Positions 1 to 10,751 of a stretch of DNA of 64,000 nt are shown piece after piece (position 1 is the stretch's first letter; every line of letters starts with the position of its first letter). Below the pieces are notes generated by a model. It saw nothing but the letters and a program-made list of their open reading frames with translations. It was not told where the DNA came from and ran no database searches. The translations under genes and the position numbers were made by a program. Origin of the DNA: Candidatus Zixiibacteriota bacterium (GTDB taxonomy: Bacteria > Electryoneota > B3-LCP); contig QZKQ01000083.1 of the NCBI GenBank assembly GCA_003599535.1, forward strand, positions 14,584 to 78,583, written 5' to 3'.

Positions 1-2
1 AC

Positions 3-1787
3 TTCGACGGCGACGGCTTTACCGAGCTCCTTTTCGGCGACTACGACGGCAACCTGTACATCTATGAGCGCAAGACCGACGGATCGCTGTCGCTGACCTG
101 GTCCGCCTCCCTGCCGCAGTTGGATACCGGCGAATTCCTGGCCGACGGCGACTTCGACGGGGACGGGGAACGGGAATTCGCCGCCCTGGCCCACACCCCG
201 ACCATGCTGGCCGGCGAACACCTGGCCAACACCCGGTACTGGACGCTCTACCTCTTCAAGGCGGCCGGGGACGACGATTTCCTGCCGGTGGACACCCTCT
301 ACTTCTTCGGCGCGGAAAATCCCGCCGACTTCGCCTCCGGCCTGTCCGCGGGGGACGTGTACGGCGGCCCGGCGGATGAGCTCCTGGTGTGCGTCTACCC
401 TGACTTCTACATGGTGGCCTGGGATGCCGTGGCCGGCGAATACGCCATCTCCTGGTACTATCCCCAGTGCCGCAGCAACAAGGCAGTAGTGGGAGACTTC
501 AACGGCAACGGGCACAACGAGGTGCTGTTCAACACCGGCACGGCCACCAAGATTTTCGAAGCCGAAGGCTCCTGGTCCCACTGGCCGCCCCCGCCGTTGA
601 ACTTCCAGACGGAGGGGCTGGCCGACCGGGTGAACCTGAGCTGGTCGCCGGTGTCGGGAGCCCATTCCTACATCCTGTACCGCGGCCCGCACCCGGATTC
701 GCTGGACCTGCTGGCCACCCTGCAGGGGCAGGGCAACGTGGACACCACCGACTTCAACGTGATCCTGGACCAGACCTACTACTACGCGATATCCACCTTC
801 AAGCTGGGATCAACGGCTCCGGAAGGGCCCACCACGGTGCCCCAGGCGGCCACCCCCAACCTGCCGCCCTACGTGCCGGGCGATACGGCGCATTTCGTCC
901 CGCCGAATTTCGTCATCGTGGACTTCAGCGAACCCATGGGAAACTCCATTCTGGATCCCAATAACTACCTGATCATGCCGGAATTGACGCAGCCGCAGTC
1001 GGCGGTATCCGATGCCGGGGGCACCCGGGCGGTGCTGACCTTTGAGCGGCTTTTCACCGATGACACCTACCGGCTGATCATCCACGAACTGTTCGACATG
1101 CAGGGATCGGCGCTGTCCACCCTGAACGATACGCTGAGCTTCACGGTGTCGGCGGCGGCCTCCACCCCGCCCTACCTGACCACGGCCTTCCCCAGTCCGG
1201 ACGGCCACTCGGTGACCCTGGTCTTCTCCCAGGCGATGGCTCAGAGCGACCTGGCCAATAAGCTGAACTACACCATCACCACCGACGCCGCGTCCAACCT
1301 GACGGATCCCGACCCGGTCTACCTCGATTCGGCCCGGTCCGACGCCGGCCAGCCCAACGTGGCGCACCTGTACGTCAATCCCCGGTCGCCCATCGGCGCC
1401 ACGGGGAAGGTGTACCGGGTGGAAGCCCGCAACCTGCACAACCAGCAGGGCGTCCCCATTGACACCACCCACAACGCCGCCGACCTGTACTTCACCGCGC
1501 CCGACCTGGACAACCTGTACGTCTACCCCAACCCCTACGTCGGCGGGACCCTGGTAGACGGTGAACCGTGCGTGGTCTTCGCCAACCTGACGGCCAACGC
1601 CGAGGTGCGCATCATGACTCTGGCCGGCCACGTCATCCGCCACCTGAAGACCTCGGGCCTTTCCGGTGGCGGACTGCGCTGGTACCTGGACAACGAGCGG
1701 GGAGAGAGCGTCGGTTCGGGTATCTATCTCTTCTACGTGACCGGGGACGGGGATACCTACAAGGGCAAACTGGCGGTGGTGCGCTGA
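3..1787 (+). CDS. Secreted FG-GAP repeat / fibronectin-III protein with T9SS C-terminal sorting domain. It is 5'-truncated by the window edge.
   Basis: Reading frame continues upstream of the annotated M to position 3 with FG-GAP-like DxDGDG repeats. The C-terminus (LYVYPNPYVGG...KGKLAVVR) matches a Por/T9SS C-terminal sorting domain. Fn3-like segment: LSWSPVSGAHSYILYRG. Confidence 0.7.
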   Translation, partial: FDGDGFTELLFGDYDGNLYIYERKTDGSLSLTWSASLPQLDTGEFLADGDFDGDGEREFAALAHTPTMLAGEHLANTRYWTLYLFKAAGDDDFLPVDTLYFFGAENPADFASGLSAGDVYGGPADELLVCVYPDFYMVAWDAVAGEYAISWYYPQCRSNKAVVGDFNGNGHNEVLFNTGTATKIFEAEGSWSHWPPPPLNFQTEGLADRVNLSWSPVSGAHSYILYRGPHPDSLDLLATLQGQGNVDTTDFNVILDQTYYYAISTFKLGSTAPEGPTTVPQAATPNLPPYVPGDTAHFVPPNFVIVDFSEPMGNSILDPNNYLIMPELTQPQSAVSDAGGTRAVLTFERLFTDDTYRLIIHELFDMQGSALSTLNDTLSFTVSAAASTPPYLTTAFPSPDGHSVTLVFSQAMAQSDLANKLNYTITTDAASNLTDPDPVYLDSARSDAGQPNVAHLYVNPRSPIGATGKVYRVEARNLHNQQGVPIDTTHNAADLYFTAPDLDNLYVYPNPYVGGTLVDGEPCVVFANLTANAEVRIMTLAGHVIRHLKTSGLSGGGLRWYLDNERGESVGSGIYLFYVTGDGDTYKGKLAVVR

Positions 1788-1800
1788 AGGCGATCTGACT

Positions 1801-2391
1801 ATGCGAATCGGTCTGACCGGCGGGATCGGCAGCGGGGCCAGCGAAGCGGCCCGTCGCCTGGAACAGATGGGGATACCGGTGATTTCCGCGGACGCGGTAG
1901 GCCATGATGTGCTCCTGGACCCGCTGGTGAAGCGTGAATTGGCCGCGGCCCTGGGGAATGACCTTTTCGACGCGGCTGGCGAGGTGGATCGCGCCAAGCT
2001 GGGGGCCCGGGTGTTCGCCGACCCCGAGGCGCGGCGTATACTGAACCGCCTCGTCCACCCCCTCCTGCTGGACGAAGTGGCGGCGCGAGCCCGGGAGGAA
2101 GAGGCCCGCAGCGGCATCGTGGTGGTGGACGCGGCGCTGATTTACGAATGGGGTTTCCAGGGGTTCTTCCAGAAGGTCATCGTGGTGGACGCCCCGATGG
2201 AACAGCGCATTCACCGGACCATGGCCCGCGACCAGCTGACCCGCGAGCAGGTCGAACAGCGCCTGGCTGCACAGTGGCCCCTGGAGAAGAAGGCCGCGCG
2301 CGCCGACGTGGTCATCACCAACGACGGGACGCTGGAGGAGCTGCAGAGGAAGGTGGAGGAGGCATGGAAAGTGATCATTGCCCCGCCGTAG
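1801..2391 (+). CDS. coaE: Dephospho-CoA kinase
   Basis: N-terminal P-loop MRIGLTGGIGSG. About 196 aa, typical CoaE length and motif order. Confidence 0.8.
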   Translation: MRIGLTGGIGSGASEAARRLEQMGIPVISADAVGHDVLLDPLVKRELAAALGNDLFDAAGEVDRAKLGARVFADPEARRILNRLVHPLLLDEVAARAREEEARSGIVVVDAALIYEWGFQGFFQKVIVVDAPMEQRIHRTMARDQLTREQVEQRLAAQWPLEKKAARADVVITNDGTLEELQRKVEEAWKVIIAPP

Positions 2392-2424
2392 AAATTATGA
2401 ATGATGAATGTATGAATTGTGAAT

Positions 2425-2449
2425 AAGCCCGCCGCTGGCGGGCTTTATT
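2425..2449 (+). terminator. Rho-independent terminator after coaE
   Basis: 9-bp GC-rich stem aagcccgcc/ggcgggctt with a 3-nt loop, followed by a tttattc T-run. Confidence 0.6.
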
Positions 2450-2455
2450 CGTTGC

Positions 2456-2703
2456 GTCAGGATTGAAGCGCAGCGGTCCCTGGCGGTGATCCCTTTAACG
2501 TTGCCGCCAGGATTGAAGCGGGGTTAACGAGCGCAGGATCTTTTACCGGGGCGGCGAATCCACCATGCACCTCCAAACTCTACCCGTCCAGATAGCGATT
2601 CCTGGCGGCGTATTGTCGGAATCACGGATCCAACGGATGAAACGGATGGAACGGATTTTACCCCTCGTCGGAACCGCAGATTTGCGCAGATTTAGCGGAT
2701 TTC
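2456..2703. repeat. Repeat-rich intergenic segment. It holds a partial inverted copy of the dispersed element found at 56217-56524, plus short direct repeats.
   Basis: The reverse complement of 2600-2700 (AAATCCGCTAAATCTGCGCAAATCTGCGGTTCCGACGAGGGG...ATCCGT) aligns over about 80 nt with 56388-56465 (TAATCTGCTAAATCTGCGGAAATCTGCGATTCTGACGAGGGATCC...ATCCGT). CAGGATTGAAGCG occurs twice, and ACGGATG/ACGGATT is triplicated. Confidence 0.5.
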
Positions 2704-2750
2704 TTAATTAAAAACCCACCGCCAGGTGGGTTCCAAATTTCCCTTTTCAA

Positions 2751-3441
2751 TTATTTCAGCAGCACCACTTTCCTCACCTGCGACCCATCCCCCGCCTCCA
2801 GCCTCACCAGGTACACCCCCGAAGGCAATCCCGACCCGTCGAACGTCACCTCGTGCGTTCCCGCCGGATACCACGCCTCCCTTGCCTGTAGGGGCGGGCC
2901 GACGTGGCCGCCCCCGGGGGCGACCACATAGGGTCGCCCCTACATTCCGTCCTCCCGTATCGAACACCGCCAGCCGCACCATCCCCGCCGCCGGCAGATC
3001 GAAGCGCAGGGCGGTGGAGGGGTTGAAGGGGTTGGGATGGACCCGGAGAGTAGGTTGGTCCGGGATGGGCGATTTATCCTCCGGCTTGACAGCCACGGAC
3101 TGATGATAGCTCTCATCCCCCAGCAAGACATGCACCCGGCCCCAGGAATGGTGCAGCAGGAATTGATAATAATTCGGCTCCCCCGCCACCAGATCATCAA
3201 TGCCGTCGCCGTTGAGGTCGCCAACATTGTCCAATCCCGAACCCAGTCCGGCGTCAAAATACAAACCATACATAATACAGTCTACTGACTCATTCAAACC
3301 TGCCTGGGTGCCCAGACCAGCTTGCCCCTTTCCCGCGGGGACCACTGCGTGGCAGGAGTCGCGCCACGCAGTGGCCCTTCGGGGCAACTCCCGTAGCGGA
3401 ACACCACCCGCCTCCTGTTTTTCATCCCGCAGGGATGACAT
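2751..3441 (-). pseudogene. Frameshifted remnant of an FG-GAP / T9SS-CTD secreted protein
   Basis: Frame A (ORF 2704..3441) encodes an FG-GAP motif (GDLNGDGIDDLVAG) and the start of a T9SS CTD (VHPNPFNPSTALRFDLP...LAVFDTGGR). The canonical CTD end (THEVTFDGSGLPSGVYLVRLEAGDGSQVRKVVLLK, stop at 2751-2753) is in a different frame. There is no signal peptide, so the N-terminus is missing. Confidence 0.55.
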
Positions 3442-3920
3442 GTGACGGGTGGCCTGGCTTGATCTGCATCACAGTCCTATCTTGCGGCAGAAAGTCCGAC
3501 GCAGATCAAGCCGGGTTTACATTATCCGCCATCCCTAGGCTTTTAATATAGACCCGGCTTGACCCGCCCATGAGCGTTGTTGATGTTTCGGATTCACTGC
3601 CGTGCGGGTCAAGCCAGGCCACCCAACATCGGCTGACGGAGGGGTTACACCCACTTCAGTGGGTAGTATGATAGTAGCCCAGGAATTCATTCCTGGGGGA
3701 GACGAGGCAGTCCCGGCCATTCCCTTCGGGCCCCCTGAAGGGGCAAGCTGGCCGGGCCACACACCGCGTAATCCACGTAATCCGTGGTTCAGACAATCCC
3801 CGGCGGGCCTCGCAATGACACTGCGGGCAGGGTCAAGCCCAGCCCCTACGCGTCGGACGACATGGATACCTGTTACATGGACACGAGACACAAAGCCCGG
3901 ATCCTACGATCCGGGCTTTG
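3442..3920. repeat. Structured non-coding region downstream of tRNA-Leu, with nested inverted repeats and hairpins
   Basis: Nested inverted repeats: outer GGCCTGGCTTGA...TCAAGCCAGGCC (about 3461/3617), GGCTTGATCTGC...GCAGATCAAGCC, and CCCGGCTTGACCCGC...GCGGGTCAAGCC. Hairpins: acccacTTCAgtgggt, cccaggaatTCattcctggg, and a 3888-3920 acacaaagcccggatc...gatccgggctttgtgt terminator-like stem. It also contains the 24-nt repeat CCGGCGGGCCTCGCAATGACACTG. Confidence 0.5.
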
Positions 3921-3923
3921 TGT

Positions 3924-4010
3924 TGGTGCCGGAGGCCGGATTTGAACCGGCACGCCCTTTCGAGCGCCACCCCCTCAAGATGGTGTGTCTGCCAATTTCA
4001 CCACTCCGGC
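3924..4010 (-). tRNA. tRNA-Leu (anticodon GAG)
   Basis: The reverse complement is GCCGGAGTGGTGAAATTGGCAGACACACCATCTTGAGGGGGTGGCGCTCGAAAGGGCGTGCCGGTTCAAATCCGGCCTCCGGCACCA. It has a 7-bp acceptor stem, a GTTCAAATC T-loop, a long variable arm, anticodon loop TTGAGGG, and a 3' CCA. Confidence 0.85.
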
Positions 4011-4087
4011 AGTCGTGCGCATGTGCCGCCCCGGATCCGGGTGCACCGGATCCGGGCGGTATCTGCAAAGGCGAGGGATATTCCGGG

Positions 4088-4522
4088 TTACTGCTGAGGA
4101 GTCTGCTCGCCGCCGGCGGGAGGCTGCGCCTCCTGCTGTTCCGGCTGAGCCTGCTGCTGTTCCGGCGCGCCCGGCGGCGTGGTGATGGGCACGTCCGGGT
4201 TTTCCACCTCCGTCCCCGGCGGGATCGCGGGCAGGTTGGAGGCGCCCGACTGCTGCATCTCCTGCTGGGTCACCGACACCGGGCCGGCGCCGCGAAGCAT
4301 CAGGGACAGGCCCAGCGACAGGAGCATGAAGAGGATGGCCAGGATGGAGGTGGCCCGGGTGAGGAACGTGGCCGTGCCGCGCGCCCCCAGGAAGGACATG
4401 GAGGGACCGCCTCCGAAGGCCGATCCGGCCAGGCCGCCGCCCTTGGACGACTGCATCAGGATCACGCCGATCAGCAGAGCGGCGATGATGACGTAGAAGA
4501 AGACGAAGATGGCGTAGAACAT
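4088..4522 (-). CDS. secG: Preprotein translocase subunit SecG
   Basis: Two TM helices and an LMQSSKGGGLAGSAFGGG motif typical of SecG. The C-terminus is a low-complexity PQ-rich tail. Confidence 0.7.
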   Translation of the reverse strand: MFYAIFVFFYVIIAALLIGVILMQSSKGGGLAGSAFGGGPSMSFLGARGTATFLTRATSILAILFMLLSLGLSLMLRGAGPVSVTQQEMQQSGASNLPAIPPGTEVENPDVPITTPPGAPEQQQAQPEQQEAQPPAGGEQTPQQ

Positions 4523-4537
4523 GGGTTTCCTGTTGTG

Positions 4538-5308
4538 TTAGCTGACTATTTCTCCAGACTCGACGATGGCGGCGAAAGTTTCCGCCTTCAGGCTGGCGCC
4601 CCCCACCAGGGCGCCGTCAATGTCGGGCCGCCCCAGCAGGTCGCGGGCGTTATCCGGCTTGACGCTGCCGCCGTAGAGGATGCGCAGCTCGTCCGCGACG
4701 GCGGCGCTGGTGGTGTCGGTGATCAGGTCGCGGATGAAGCGATGCATTTCCTGGGCCTGTTCCGGTGTGGCGTTGCGCCCCGTGCCGATGGCCCAGACCG
4801 GTTCGTAGGCGATGACCAGGGTGCGCAGGGCCGCTTCCGGCAGGCCGGACAGCGCCTGGCGGACCTGCTCATGAACCACGGCCTGGGCCTGCCCCGATTC
4901 GCGTTGCTCGAGCGTTTCGCCCACGCAGACGACGGGGACCAGGCCGGCCTGCAGCGCCGCGGGGATCTTGCGCGCCACCGTGGCGTCGGTCTCTCCGAAG
5001 AGCTGGCGGCGTTCGCTGTGCCCGATGATGACGTACTTGCACCCGGCGGCCTTCAGCATGGGTGCGGAAATTTCCCCGGTGAACGCGCCGGTGGCTTCCC
5101 AGTACAGGTTCTGCGCTCCCAGGGCGAGGCGGCTGTCCTTCAGGATCTGGGCGGCCAGGTGCAGCATGGTGAACGGCGGCATGACCGCCACCTCCGTTCG
5201 GGTGAAGGGGGCCAGGCGGTTCTTCAGCTGGCGCAGCAGTTCCAGGGCGCCGGCGTCGTCGGCCGGGTTCAGTTTCCAGTTTCCGGCAATCAGTATGGTG
5301 CGGGCCAA
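4538..5308 (-). CDS. tpiA: Triosephosphate isomerase
   Basis: N-terminus MARTILIAGNWKLN, plus GHSERR and GGASLK motifs. Confidence 0.9.
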   Translation of the reverse strand: MARTILIAGNWKLNPADDAGALELLRQLKNRLAPFTRTEVAVMPPFTMLHLAAQILKDSRLALGAQNLYWEATGAFTGEISAPMLKAAGCKYVIIGHSERRQLFGETDATVARKIPAALQAGLVPVVCVGETLEQRESGQAQAVVHEQVRQALSGLPEAALRTLVIAYEPVWAIGTGRNATPEQAQEMHRFIRDLITDTTSAAVADELRILYGGSVKPDNARDLLGRPDIDGALVGGASLKAETFAAIVESGEIVS

Positions 5309-5321
5309 GATGCCTCCCCGG

Positions 5322-7543
<2,222 letters not shown>

Positions 7544-7629
7544 CTATGGGTTGCACGGGTGAAACCGCGCGGAAAATGGTCTGTCGGTGTATCCGAAACA
7601 CCGGGAAACGGCGTCCGGCGGGTGACCGG

Positions 7630-8706
7630 TCAGGCCACCGCCAGCTTTCTCTTCAGCAGACTGGCCGAACCCACCGCGCGGAAGGCCTTGAAGTGCTCGC
7701 AGGCCTCGCGGAAGGCGTGTTCGTGGATGGCCGCCTGGTGGCTTTCCGGAATGGCGTCAATCTGCGCCTTGAACACCTTGGTGGCTTCCTTGATGTTTTT
7801 GCCGTTGTCCCTGGCCCACTGCTTCATGGCGGCCATCAGGTCCGCCGGCAGGTGCTCGTGGGCGATGTTCTGCCACAGGGTGCCGACATTGCCCTTGCGG
7901 ATGCCGTACTCGGTGAACTGCCCCATCAGGTGCAGGGGTGTGCCGGTGATGCCGTGCTGGGCGAGGTTCACGCCGTAGGGCTTGATGGCGGCGTAGATGT
8001 CGCCGGTGCGCTGCAGGTCAATTGATACCTCCTCGCCGGGGAGATAGTTGCCATGCTTGGAACCGTTGTTGATGGCCAGAAGATCCGGGTGGAGGCCGGC
8101 GGCCTTCAGCGAACTGATGAAGGTGTGGGCTTCTTCCACGGTGGTGATCTCAGCTTCCGAACCCACAGTCTTGACTTCGCCCACTTCCACTTCCAGGCCC
8201 AGGCGCATATCGCTGATGGGCCGGGCCAGATCGGTGGTTATGCGGATGTTGTCCTCCAGCTCGTTGAAGGAGGCGTCAATGGCGAAGGAGGTGTAACCGG
8301 CCTTGAGCTGCGCCTGGATCAGCTCCCGGGTGGACTCGATCTGCTTTTGGGAAGTGTCCTTCACCGTCAAGTGGTCGGCGTGGATGAAGAAGGGGTGGCG
8401 GAAGTTATACTTATCCGCATAGCCGACGATGGTGTCGAAGAACATCTGCGGAGTCATACCGGTGTAGCCGCCGTCCAAACCGCCTTCGGTCTTGGCCAGC
8501 TCGAAGGCCACGATGGCGTCCATCTCCTGGGCCGCCCGCATGATGCCCGGCACGGCATGGATGAGGCGGATGTTGCAGGCCATCACCATGACCTTCTCGT
8601 CGCGGAAGGCGTCCATGATGGGGTGGCTGCCGATCAGGCACAGGGGGCTGGAGGCGCCCAATTTATCCTTGATGTAGTCGGGTCGAAGGTCGAGGAGGGT
8701 TTTCAT
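7630..8706 (-). CDS. fba: Class II fructose-bisphosphate aldolase (long FbaA type)
   Basis: About 358 aa. Class II FBA motifs HADHL and NIRL are present. Confidence 0.8.
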   Translation of the reverse strand: MKTLLDLRPDYIKDKLGASSPLCLIGSHPIMDAFRDEKVMVMACNIRLIHAVPGIMRAAQEMDAIVAFELAKTEGGLDGGYTGMTPQMFFDTIVGYADKYNFRHPFFIHADHLTVKDTSQKQIESTRELIQAQLKAGYTSFAIDASFNELEDNIRITTDLARPISDMRLGLEVEVGEVKTVGSEAEITTVEEAHTFISSLKAAGLHPDLLAINNGSKHGNYLPGEEVSIDLQRTGDIYAAIKPYGVNLAQHGITGTPLHLMGQFTEYGIRKGNVGTLWQNIAHEHLPADLMAAMKQWARDNGKNIKEATKVFKAQIDAIPESHQAAIHEHAFREACEHFKAFRAVGSASLLKRKLAVA

Positions 8707-8797
8707 GATTTCAGTAATTCCTTCAGAAGTTCAGGAGATATATCTGCATCCCGGAGGATGGCAGCGAGCGATTATTAGGTGATGGTTGGATTATCCG

Positions 8798-8944
8798 CTA
8801 CCGGTATTCGATATGCAACTGAATGGCATCCTGAATACTGTGCAAAATCTCTTCGTAGGTGTCGCCTTGCGTGTGATACGCCTACAATTCGGGACAGAAA
8901 GCGAAATGGCCTTCAATGACGACGGCGAAACGGTAATGCTTCAT
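8798..8944 (-). pseudogene. HicB-family antitoxin-like remnant with an in-frame amber stop
   Basis: Minus-strand translation is MKHYRFAVVIEGHFAFCPEL*AYHTQGDTYEEILHSIQDAIQLHIEYR*. This fits the HicB/UPF0150 pattern (...PEL.GC.TQGDT.EEAL..I.EAI.L.LE), interrupted by TAG at 8882-8884. There is no adjacent hicA. Confidence 0.45.
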
Positions 8945-8978
8945 GAATGCTCGATTGACTTTCGCGCGTTAGATTCTT

Positions 8979-9368
8979 TCACAGAAAAGTGATGTTTCCG
9001 TGATCAGCGACACCCTCGAAATCGTGATCCAGCGTCACTAGTTGCAGGCCATGCATTTCTGCGATTTTAAACTGATACGCGTCATCAAAATCCAATGACC
9101 ATCGCTCATTCAATGAAGCCAGTTCCAAGCCATCTTCCGGCTTCAACCGCAGGATACCTACTTGATCGCGGATATCATTGATGAACCGGGTGAATAACTC
9201 GGATTTATGCAAGCGGAACAACACCACGCCGACAGAATGAAGCGAAAAATCGGACATAAACAGGTTATCCTGGTGCGTCGCCAGGAACTCTTTGCAAATA
9301 TCCTTCTTCTCCTGTGCCAGCAGGACTTCAAGAAAAATATTGGTGTCGGCCAGGTACATTACCGCCAC
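8979..9368 (-). CDS. vapC: PIN-domain toxin (VapC-like)
   Basis: N-terminal YLADTNIFLE (first PIN acidic residue). Conserved D/E positions and a C-terminal LDHDF motif. 129 aa. Confidence 0.75.
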   Translation of the reverse strand: MAVMYLADTNIFLEVLLAQEKKDICKEFLATHQDNLFMSDFSLHSVGVVLFRLHKSELFTRFINDIRDQVGILRLKPEDGLELASLNERWSLDFDDAYQFKIAEMHGLQLVTLDHDFEGVADHGNITFL

Positions 9369-9589
9369 TCCGTGGCTTTATGCTGTAATTCCACTGAAGT
9401 GAACCGGTCCTTGTATTCCTCCAGTCCCCCTTCCCAATCGAAGCGGAAACCTCGCTTGCCAGCTTGTGTACCGTACTTCTGCAATAAATACTCTATATAA
9501 TCCAGGGCCTCACGGCGGGCCTGTTCGGGCAACTGTGCCAACTTTTTCTGGATAATTTCACTGGTCATGAGAGTCACTCGATATTTCAT
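9359..9589 (-). CDS. Putative antitoxin partner of VapC (DUF2281-like)
   Basis: 76 aa. Overlaps the vapC start by 10 nt. The C-terminal RGFRFDWEGGLEEY resembles the DUF2281 antitoxin family. Confidence 0.55.
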   Translation of the reverse strand: MKYRVTLMTSEIIQKKLAQLPEQARREALDYIEYLLQKYGTQAGKRGFRFDWEGGLEEYKDRFTSVELQHKATEWR

Positions 9590-9631
9590 CGCAAGCGCCG
9601 GAGGCTGCCTCCGGCGCCTGCCGTTGCCTGC

Positions 9632-10657
9632 TTACCCGAAAAACACAGAGGCGATGTCGAGAAGTTCCATGTCCACCGTCTTGGTGGTTTTGACGGCCTC
9701 TTCCAGGTCCACGGTGATGATGTTCTCGGCTCGCAGAGCCACCATCTTGCCGAATTCGCCGTCCTTGACGGCGTCCACGGCCTTGACGCCGAAGCGGGTG
9801 GCCAGGATGCGGTCGTAGGCCGTGGGCGACCCGCCGCGCTGAATGTGCCCCAGCACGGTCAGGCGGGTTTCGATGCCCAGGCACTTCTCGATCTCGTCGG
9901 CCACCATGCGCCCCACGCCGCCCAGGATGACGTGCCCGAAGGCGTCCACCCGGTCGCTCTGGGTGACGGCCTGGCCGCCCTTGAGGGTTGCTCCCTCGGC
10001 CACCACCACGATGGAGAAGCTCTTGCGCTGGTGCCGCTTCTTCAGGCGGGCGCACAGCTCTCCGATGTCGAAAGGCACTTCCGGGATCAGGATGGCGTCG
10101 GCGCCGCCGGCGATGCCGGACATCACCGCAATCCACCCGGAATGCCGGCCCATGACCTCGACTACCATGATGCGGTGGTGCGATTCGGCCGTGGTGTGCA
10201 GCCGGTCAATGGCCTCGGTGACGATGGACACCGCGGTATTGAACCCGAAGGTGAAGTCGGTGCCGGACAGGTCGTTGTCAATGGTCTTGGGCACGCCCAC
10301 GACCTTGATTCCGTCCTTGTGCAGGGCGGCGGCCACGCTGAGCGTGTCTTCTCCGCCCACCGCGATCAGGGCGTCAATGGAGTACTTCTCCAGGTTGTCC
10401 CGGACGCGCTTGTAGTCTTCCTGATTCTTCAGGGGGTTGGTGCGGGAGGTGCCCAGGATGGTGCCGCCGCGAGGCAGGATTCCGGTCACGGCGTACTGCG
10501 ACAGCGGCTCGGTTTCCCCCACCACCAGTCCGCGCCAGCCGTTCTTGATGCCCAGCACGTCCCATTTGTACGATTCGATGGCTCGGCGGGTCACGCCGCG
10601 AATCACGGCATTCAGGCCCGGGCAGTCGCCCCCGCCGGTCAAAATTCCGATGCGCAT
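9632..10657 (-). CDS. pfkA: 6-phosphofructokinase (ATP- or PPi-dependent)
   Basis: N-terminus MRIGILTGGGDCPGLNAVIRG, plus TIDNDL and GHIQRGG motifs. Confidence 0.85.
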   Translation of the reverse strand: MRIGILTGGGDCPGLNAVIRGVTRRAIESYKWDVLGIKNGWRGLVVGETEPLSQYAVTGILPRGGTILGTSRTNPLKNQEDYKRVRDNLEKYSIDALIAVGGEDTLSVAAALHKDGIKVVGVPKTIDNDLSGTDFTFGFNTAVSIVTEAIDRLHTTAESHHRIMVVEVMGRHSGWIAVMSGIAGGADAILIPEVPFDIGELCARLKKRHQRKSFSIVVVAEGATLKGGQAVTQSDRVDAFGHVILGGVGRMVADEIEKCLGIETRLTVLGHIQRGGSPTAYDRILATRFGVKAVDAVKDGEFGKMVALRAENIITVDLEEAVKTTKTVDMELLDIASVFFG

Positions 10658-10751
10658 AGTCTCCTCGAGCTATGGGTGAAACACAGTAATTTACTGTGTA
10701 AACTCCGGAATGTCAAGCGAAAAGCTGACTATCTCGCTCTTCATGCCAAGA

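Noticed and set aside
810-2117. Long ORFs antisense to the FG-GAP and coaE genes (810..2117 -, 1633..2214 -).
   Set aside because: Low-complexity R/G/A-rich translations that overlap well-supported genes. These are typical high-GC antisense artifacts.
2460-2540. Possible CRISPR array (CAGGATTGAAGCG seen twice).
   Set aside because: There are only two copies of a 13-16 nt motif. There are no regular spacers and no cas genes.
8786-8992. 68-aa plus-strand ORF.
   Set aside because: It lies antisense to the better-supported HicB-like remnant and overlaps the vapC 3' end.
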